Notes under the pieces: generated by a model
Databases searched by the model: none
Told to the model about the DNA's origin: nothing
The model's input: the letters and a program-made list of their open reading frames with translations, nothing else
NCBI RefSeq assembly: GCF_036321535.1
Contig: NC_087437.1
Coordinates: 52,020,001-52,084,000 of the forward strand
Length of the DNA stretch: 64,000 bases
Reading direction: 5' to 3'
From: Camelus dromedarius
Lineage: Eukaryota
Program-made: the position numbers and the translations under genes
In this document: one piece after another, positions 55,300 through 64,000 of the stretch
Position numbering within the stretch: position 1 is the stretch's first letter
Layout of the letters: each line of letters starts with the position of its first letter

Positions 55300-55940
55300 A
55301 TGGCATTACCCACCCATTTATTTCATTTAACAGTTTACTGAGTAACTACAGCATACTGAGCACTGTGACAGGCATGGGAGATGAAATGGTGAATAAGATA
55401 AGACCCTGCCTTCAGAGGCATTTGTAGTATAAGTGTCTTTAGTGAAATCGAGTGTGATGATGAATTTTTAACTTTCCTTTACCCATTTCACTGCACCTGC
55501 TCAGCTGCACTATGCAGAACCAGTCATCGTAATCTACCTCTTGGATCTCTCTTACAGGTGCGTCCTTCTCTTGTCCACCCCCACTGCCCTGGTCGGGCAC
55601 TCAGCATCTCTCTCCTGGTCTCTCTTGCTAGTTTCCTAACCAGCCTTCCTAATTCTTCCCTTCCATTTTCAAAAAGGCAAATAATGATAATGTTCCCCTT
55701 CCTTTTCTCAGTTCTTTCAGTCCCATTATCCAGAGTAAAATCCAAACTCCTCATGATGTACAAGGCCCTTCTTGATCTGATTCAAGCATATCTATCCATC
55801 TTCATTTTCTTCCATTCTGCATTTCTCTTTTCCCCTTCATTCCTCAGTAGTACTGAACTGTTTGTTCGTGGGGTACACTACACATGGTCATTCTGCCCGC
55901 CCTTGGAGTATGTGTTTCTCCTTCTTAGTCTACCTTGTTT
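55300..55940. mobile_element. L2 LINE relics
   Basis: catttatttcatttaacag and gtaaaatccaaactcctc motifs; approximate. Confidence 0.5.
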
Positions 55941-56569
55941 TCCTGAGATCAGTTTTAGCTGTATGTATTAAGAGCTCTGAGGTTGTGCATGTGCTTTGAT
56001 CCAGTGACTCTATTTTGGGAAATATATTTTAAGGAACTACTATGAAAGAAAAAAGTAGTTAATATTGAAATATCCATATTAGCATTTACATAGAGAAAAA
56101 GCTGCTTAAGAAAGTGGATGGGGAAGATGACTATATAAATGCTAAGGTATATGAGCATAATTGAATACCAAATCGGCAAAAATGTGAATGTAAAAATAAT
56201 GCTAAGCTGGAAAAATACAGAATGTCACATGGTATGCACACATACTATCTATGTGTATGATTGAATGATAATCAGATGATGTGGTGAGATGTAGATAGAT
56301 TTAATGTTCACCATATTCATTGCCGCCATAGATTTGCTTAAGTTAATTAAAAAAATGAGGGCAATTATTAGTAGTTTGGAAGGGTCTGCTCCTTGCTTTT
56401 AAAACTTCTGAAACAATGAAAACTGGCATATGAGTGCTACATACTAAAGTTTCAAAAATTTTGTTTCATTTATATTTAAAGAAATCTTCCCAGATACCCA
56501 TGTTTTTTATTTACAATGAAAAAGAGACATATTAAGGTACTTGGTAGCTTTTACAAAATCCTACCCTTT

Positions 56570-59455
56570 CGTCTGTTCTATTTACGTTACTGTTTTTAAT
56601 TCATTGCCCTTGGTTTTTGTTTTTGTTTGTTTTCTACTTTTTTCTGCATTCTCTGATTTTAATTGAGCATTTTATATATTTTCTCTTAGTATATCAATTA
56701 TACTTTTTTTTTCCTTTTTCTACTGATTGCTTCTCAATTTGCAGTGCACATTTATAACTAATTCAAGTCCAATTACAAATAACACTAGTACTTCATGGTT
56801 AGTACAAGTACCTTAAAACAGAGGATTTCTGATTCCTCCCTCTTGACCCTTATAATATTGCTGTCATTCATTTCACTTACTCATAAGCTATAATCACTGA
56901 ATACTTCATTATTCTTTTGAACAAATTGTGTTAGATCAGTGAAGAATCATAAAAATAAATGATTTTATTTTCCCTTCATTTATTGCTTTTCTAATGCTCT
57001 TCCTTTTATGTGGATCCAAATTTCTGACCTGTATAATTTTCCTTCTTTTCAAAGATTTTCTAACATTTCTTGAAAGGTAAGACAACTGACAACATATTGT
57101 CTCAATTTTTGTTTGTCTGAGGAGGTACTTCTTCACTTTTGAGAGATAATTTTGCTGGATACTGAAGTCTAGTTTGATAGTTTTTTCTTTCCACATTTTA
57201 AATATTTCACTCCACTCTCTTCTCGCATTCACGGAGAGAAGTCTAATGCTATTCTTATCCTCGTTCCTCTTTAGGTAAGTGTTTTTTCCTCTCCTTCTGG
57301 CTTTTCAAGACTTTGTCTTTGATTTTCTGCAGTTTGAACATGCCTAAGTGTAGATTTTTTTGCTGTTTTTCCTGCATGATATTGTCTGATCTTCCTGGAT
57401 CTGTGGTTTGGTATTGGCTCATTAATTTGAGGAAATTCTCAGGATATTTCTTCTGTTCCCTTTTCTCTTTCTTCTCCTTATGGTATTACCACTAGGTGTA
57501 TGTTATGCTGTGTGTATTTGTCCCACAGTTATTGGGTATTCTGTTCTGTTTTGTTCCCCCCCCCAAGTCTTTTTTCTCTTTGTATTTCAGTTTTGAAAGT
57601 TTCTACTGATGTATCTTGAAGCTCAGTGATTCCTTCCTCAACTGTGTCCAGACTATTGATGAGCCCATCAAAGACTTTCTTCTTTCCTTTTAGTGTGTTG
57701 ATTTCTAGCATTTCCTTTTGATTCTTTGAGTCTCCATTTCTCTGCTTACTTTACTCATCTGTTCTTACATGTTGTCACTTTGCCTTTAGAGCACTTAGCA
57801 TATTAATCATAGTTGTTTTAAATTTCTGTTTGGTAATTCCAACATCTCTGCCATATTTGAGCCCAGTTCTGATGCTTGCTAGTCTCTTCAAACTGTATTT
57901 TCTTATATTTTAGTGTGTCTTATAATTTCCTTATTGACGGCTAGACATGATGTAGAATGTAAAAGGAACTGAGGTAAATAGGCCTTTGGTGTGATATTTT
58001 ATGTTTATCTGTCAAGGAGTTAGTCTGTTTACTGTTTGCTATAGCTGTAGGAGTTTGAGGCTGAAATTTCCTCATGTGTCATTTTTGTTGCCCTGATTGT
58101 CTTTGAGTTTCCGTAAAGACTTCTAAAGTAAAGCCTGAGATATGTAGTTCTTCATTGCATTCTGTTGTTACAAAGGAGCACTGCTGTTGTGGTAGTGAGG
58201 TGTGGTGGTGGTGGGGAAGCATTCTGTAGCCCTTTGATTAGCTTTTGGTCCTTTAGTGAGCCTGTGCCCCTGAGATGTGACCTTCCCAAGTACTTCCCTG
58301 CCCTTGTTTAAGTGAGACAGGAAGGCTGGAGGGGGCTAGAACTGGGCATTGCCCTTCCTACACACGGACTGGTGGAGTGGCTAGAGTTAAGTATTTCCCT
58401 TCCCCCATGTGGGAGGCTGGCGCAGGCTGGAATCGGGTATTTCTCAGCTTGTCTAGGCTCTAGTAAAGCTGCACTTGGTTTGGCTCTGGTGAAATAGTTT
58501 CCATTGAGGACAGATGTACTGGATTGGTAGTGCTGCCTTAGCAAAGCACCACAAGCTGTGTGACTTAAACAACAGAAATTTATTGTCTCAGTTTTGGAGG
58601 CCAGAAGTCCGAGATCAAGTGTTGGCAGGTTTGGCTCCTTCTGAGAACTGTGAGAAAGAATCTGTTCCAGTCCTGTCCTCTAGCTTCTGGTCGTTTGCTG
58701 GCAATCTTTGTCACTCGTTAGGCTGTAGAAGCATCACGCAGTTTTCAGCCTTCATCTTCACCTGACAATCTCCCTGTATGTATGTTTGTGTCCAAATTTC
58801 CCCTTCTTTTAAGGACACTGGTCATATTGGATTGGAGTCCCTCGTCCTAACTTAATTACATTTTCAGAGACCCTATTTCCAAATAAGGTCACCTTGTGAG
58901 GTACCGGCAGTTTGGACTTCAACACATGAATTTGGGGGCGCATATTTCAGTCCCTACATCAGGCCTCGTTAAGAAGAACAGAATGCTCTGGGTGTATTTC
59001 ACAGTGGCCACTTTTCCTCTCCCCACTGCTGATAGGTGTTGGGGTTTTTCTCCGATCTTCACAGTGAGAACCTGGTAGGCCTCCTGGAGATAAAACTTAT
59101 GAAATTGTGGAAACTCCCCACCAAGACATGGCCCCTCTGGAGTTTTTTTCTCTCAAGTTCATCGACACTGATCGTCCAGCATTTTGTCAATTACAGTTTA
59201 AGTTTTCTGACCCCACTACTGGCTCCAGTAGCAGTGGTTCTGCTCCTGGGCTTCTGCTCCAGTTAACTCTGATCCTTTGTATCTGCCTGACCATCTCTCT
59301 CTAATCTGAGGGGTGGCAGTTTGCTTTGTGACCTCAATTCTCAGATGGAGCCAAGAAGAGCTGTCGGTTTTTAGTTTGTTCAGCTTTTTTCCTGTGAGGA
59401 TGGAAGTGATAACTTTCAAGCTCTTAACATGCTAGGCCAGAAACCAAAAGTCTTT
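56570..59455 (-). mobile_element. Old L1 (L1MC-like) 5' half: 5'UTR plus degraded ORF1
   Basis: Minus ORFs 56936..57232 (MNARREWSEIFK) and 57529..57711 (FDGLINSLDTVEEGITELQD) are ORF1-like; 5' end matches 9353-9470 in reverse complement. Confidence 0.85.
58515..58958 (-). mobile_element. MLT1-type MaLR solo LTR nested in the L1 5'UTR
   Basis: TG...CA termini; gacttaaacaacagaaatttattgtctcagttttggaggccagaagtccgagatcaag and ccctatttccaaataaggtcac motifs. Confidence 0.85.
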
Positions 59456-62400
59456 GCTGTCTTTATATTCAGAATTATATGTGGATTTCATAATAGATTT
59501 ATAGTAGTCTGACCCAGCATCAGTTCAAAAACTATTTCTGATTAAAGAATGTCTCTGTGGTGGAGTCACAGAACTGCCTCTCTTCTGTCCCTTCCAATTC
59601 CATCTATCATTTGGGGGAAAGAATGGTGTGAGGTTTCTCACCCAAGCCTGGAAGCACACCAGCTGAGGTATTACGCTGAGGTACCTGCATCTTTCCAATC
59701 TCTCGTCTGCTTGGGCCACAGCAAGGCAATCCCCGCTAGTAGGATCAGTAGTACATTTTACAGACAAGGAGAGATGAAGGCATTAGGAAGAAAATATACT
59801 TTCAGATAACTGCAGAATTCTTCTTACTGTTATTCATAGTGATAGGAAGATTGTTTTAGCTACCCTATGAGTTTTTATTTGAAGTCTATACAGCTTGAGA
59901 ATGATCCAGATACTGTTTATACTTGATCAGGTTATAGAGTAAAATTACTTTTTCTATCCCTAAAATCATTAGGCTTTTATTTCTATTAGCTTGTAAGGTC
60001 TGTTCTTCCTGCCTATTTGGGAGAACTCTCAAAACAATACACACTTTTTCCCCATGAATATCAGAGAGATAACAAAAATTCTATTAAGGTTTGAAGGAGG
60101 GCATTTTGACACTTACTAGTCAAAGTAGGGAAGTGGAAGGTGACCAAATCCCCTGAAAATCTGCCTTAGCTCTGCTGTTACATTGATTTCACGTCAGAAT
60201 CTTTGCTGTTAGGTAGAATGGAGCGCTTGTCTACTTTGGTCTGTGTCTCATAAAAGTGTGTTTAGGATTGTGGCTGTTCCTGTATGAGCAGTATTGGCAG
60301 CTGTGCGCAGCATACAGGGTCAGCATGGAGATTGAAGGGACCAAAGCTACTGGATTCCTTCTTGCCAGAAGGCACGTTTCTGTCTGACCAGTTAGTTGCC
60401 TGACCAGTTTGTGGAACATTATTATTTATTATGTTATAAATTCCTACAAATTGTAGACATTGTCTTTGCTACCTGTACTTAAGACATTTAAAGTATTTTT
60501 CAGGCAGATTGGCATACTTACTTAGGTTTTCGTTCAGTTGGCATAGATCATTGTGGCATTTTTAACCTGGGATATATGTGGAAAGCTGAAACTTTAGCTT
60601 CATGGTCTTGTGGAGCAACTTGATTTGAAGAAAAAATATATGAAAAATAGTTTTATTTACTCTTATCGGTTGCGATTATTTGAATTCTCAATCTAAAAGT
60701 TACCAAGTAGTCATCATATGCCGCCACCTCCAAGGACTGGATATATGGGAATGAGCAGAAAGTTCCCAGTCAGGATTGAGGCTAAGCTGAGGTGGCCCTA
60801 AGTTATCAAAACAAGACACTGAGGGAGGTTGTGAAGTCTTCTCTCAGAGATCTAGAAAAGCAGTCTACACTGGCCTATTTTTGTTGGAGTTTTTAGAGTT
60901 AGGGGGAAGGACTAAACCGAACATTTTCATTCCTGCACAGTATTCATTTTCTTTGTCAAATATTTTGAAATCAGAATTTGAATTTTAGAATCATTTTAAT
61001 GTAGGTTTTTCAAACCGGTTTATTCTTCCTCAGAAATAGCCTACTGTACAAGATTATGATTTAAAATGATTTTCACCAAATAAGAGTGAATATTTTCTCC
61101 ATCCTGAATTTTGGGGTGTGGTTGAGGTGTATGTATGTGCTTCACAAGGCATGCATATACTTTATTTTAAAGCTGACAAAAGAAAGCTTGTGTGTCTTGT
61201 TAAATTCTCCCTTTATACATATATAAATGTTATATCTTATAAGTCAAAACTATTATTAAAATAGAAATTCCCAAAAAAGTAGATAAAGTTTAGGTCTAAA
61301 ATACATAATTTTGACAACCATTAAAGTTAGCAGTGGGTATTTGGCAAAGCAGGGAGCTGACAGAAGACTTAACTGAATTATCTTTGAGAAATGGATGTAA
61401 CAAATGACATTTATGTGCAAGACTGATAAGTGACAGTCAGAAATGGGTGTGAATTCACTAATGCAACAGTTTACTTACTAAAGTTTTGATTATGTTGATG
61501 TTGTCTGATCATTTCCCAGCAGACACATTACTTCCCTCACAAATGAATGCATCAGAATCTATTTGTTTAGGTGATTTGCTTGGTTTGATGTAAATTTACA
61601 TCTTCAGCACTTATAAAGGGTTTTGTCAATAAATGTTCTGGAAGGAATTAAATACGGTGATTTATTGGCAGATACTTTTGTCTGATCTTAATTTGCTCCA
61701 TAGTCTTGCATTTATAAGATATGTTAACGGAAGTCTGACATAGATAAAATATTGGCACCACCTACAGCATAGCATAAACATCTGGAAAGCACACTGATTC
61801 ACCTTAATGTCGAAAAACATTGGTTAGCACTCCCTTCCTCTTTTATCTGATAGTATTCTATTGAGACAGCCTTGGTCCTACACAGAGAGTTAGCATTTCC
61901 CTGGGTTTATTAAGTGCGTCTCCTGTTTTCTCCGTGTATGTGGAACTTCCTGACAGGACTTATTTCTATTTACATCTGACTTTGTAGCCCTGATCCTTGT
62001 AATTTGAAAATGAATGTGTGTGTACACACATTTCTACATTTGGGTTCCTCTGTTTGAAGGCAGTCCAGTCAGTTCAGTTCAAATCAGTGTGCATTTACTG
62101 AGCTCTTGTTTATTATGTGTCAGCCCTGTACTGATGCTGAAAACAATGATGAATGCAACACAGTCTTCGCTCTCAGAGTTTATTGTGTAGTTGGGACAGA
62201 CATTTAAACAGATAGTTTTCAAGTTATGTGGTAAGAACTAATGTGGTGGTCTACATAGGGAATAGCCAGTCACTTAACAAAATCCTGCCTTAAAGGCAGT
62301 TGTGAAATGCAAAAAAAAAAAAAAAAGGCAAGAAAAGAAAAAGAAAATATCTTTGGGATCTACAGCCAATCTGAGAAGATACTGGATAGATTGAATTAGC

Positions 62401-63673
62401 CTATCAGCAAGTATTGGAAGCCCCAAGCAGCAGAACTTAGTGAGATAATCACCCAACCTCTGGTCAGGTCTGTGTCATAAAGCTCTTAATTTGGGAAAAA
62501 TTTCCTTTGTCTATATATAATTCCTCCTTCTATAACTGAAGCCTCTTACTAGTAAAAATAGGAATGTTATTTACTGTCATTATAATCCCCAGCTCGTTCC
62601 CTCTGGAGTCCAGAGATTCCCACCCGTGGCTCTTGGTGAGCTGCACCTGGGTTACAGATGTGGTTGGATCCTCAGCTCTTAGGGGTGGCTTTTAGGGCAC
62701 TCCGAGTCCCTTGTAATCAATCTTATTTCACTCTGATGGGCCAGGCAAATATTTTCATTTTCTCTGCTCCGTAACGTGAGAAAAACTGTTGCTTTAGACC
62801 ATTAACTTTTCTTCAGAAGGTTAGTTTCCCAAGCAATCATTTTTGTATCTTATTAACCATATTCCAGTTCTGTATATGAGGAGCTTTAGTTGAGGAATTC
62901 TGAAGAGAAGATAGGACTCCCAGAAGGAACTGACTTCTTTTGAAGATAAAGAGAAAGTGATTCTTGGATCCCCAATACACAGCAGTTGATTTTCTGAATA
63001 GTTCCTTTTGGCCACTGGTGGTTGAATGTCCACCACGATAAAGCTAGTACTCTACTGACGCAGCTTTTGTGTCCTCATTGTGAATAGTGGGCTTTGTGAA
63101 GAGCTGGCTTACAAGACAAATGGACCATAAATATTGTATATCCTCCTATTTATCCACTTACTTGTTTTAACAACAACTAAATAATTAGCCCTTGCTACAT
63201 GCAAGACACTGTTGTAGGCTTTGAGAATTTACTGGTGAGAATGTACCTTGTACCTACCCTCACAGAATTCTCTAGTCTTTTAGAGAAGATGTGTAACGAA
63301 AGAAGTAATTAAAACACAATGTGATTGGTGCTATAAGGGAAGTATAGTAGGGACAGTTGTTGAGACTGGAAGATGGTTTATTATATATAGTTACTCATGG
63401 ATAATGTTGTTTAAACTGAACTAAGTCATCTTTGTTTCTTTTCGAGCAACAGAACATCTTTGAGTGTGATTCAGAGGAGCCTCCACTGAATATTATTTCC
63501 TTAATTATTCAATGTAAACTTAGAAATATTGTGATTTAGAATGTCTCTGATGTAATTCACAATTTTATCTGACCAAAAAGTGGTCTTGGTTTTAAGGTAA
63601 CATACTTTTTGCCTGTATCCTTAATTATAGATGTGATTAAATAATGCCATTCTCTTGCCTTTTTTGTTTTCAG

Positions 63674-63821
63674 AGAAGGTATTCACATAAATCAAGAATC
63701 GCTGCAGATCTCTCCCTGTATCACAGAGCAGTTCATTGAGCTGTTGTGTCAGTTCAGCCCAAACCAGGTTATAGACACGCTGCAAGTCCTTGAGTGCTAC
63801 CGCCTGGAAGAAACCGTCCAG
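63674..63821 (+). CDS. VPS8: VPS8 exon 14: (R)EGIHINQESLQISPCITEQFIELLCQFSPNQVIDTLQVLECYRLEETVQ
   Basis: tgttttcag|A...CAG|gtaaga; 148 nt, phase 2/0. Confidence 0.95.
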
Positions 63822-64000
63822 GTAAGACCCCTGATGTGGAGGAGGCAAGAGTGAAATTTTCTTCATCATTCATCGTTGTATAAATGACCAAAGGGAGACT
63901 CATATTAAATTACCTGCCTAAATTTATACCTAGTAAGTGCTAGCACCTGAGATTAAACCCAGATAGTCTGACTCCATAGTGCATGCTCTCCATTGCTGTG

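Overview
Mammalian genomic DNA, AT-rich and repeat-dense, lying entirely inside one + strand gene: VPS8 (CORVET complex subunit). Fourteen consecutive internal coding exons (117-63821), all with AG/GT boundaries and compatible phases, splice into an uninterrupted 1179-nt / 393-aa frame (VVLMCWENRLYDAMIYVYNRG...ECYRLEETVQ). The introns hold old and young LINE-1s, L2/MIR relics, solo LTRs, DNA-transposon relics and one tRNA-derived SINE resembling the camelid type, so the source is probably alpaca/llama/camel (inference). Two composite retrotransposition events stand out, each bracketed by a single target-site duplication (TSD). (1) A 5'-truncated L1 fused to an RPL29 processed pseudogene (24337-25701). 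(2) A young L1 that keeps its 5'UTR and ORF1 but lacks most of ORF2 and carries about 0.8 kb of apparently 3'-transduced DNA (40139-44066); its antisense 5'UTR also offers a strong cryptic splice acceptor to VPS8. No prokaryote-type systems, RNA genes or CRISPR arrays were seen. Repeat family names are from recall of consensus motifs, not from a search, and most repeat boundaries are approximate.
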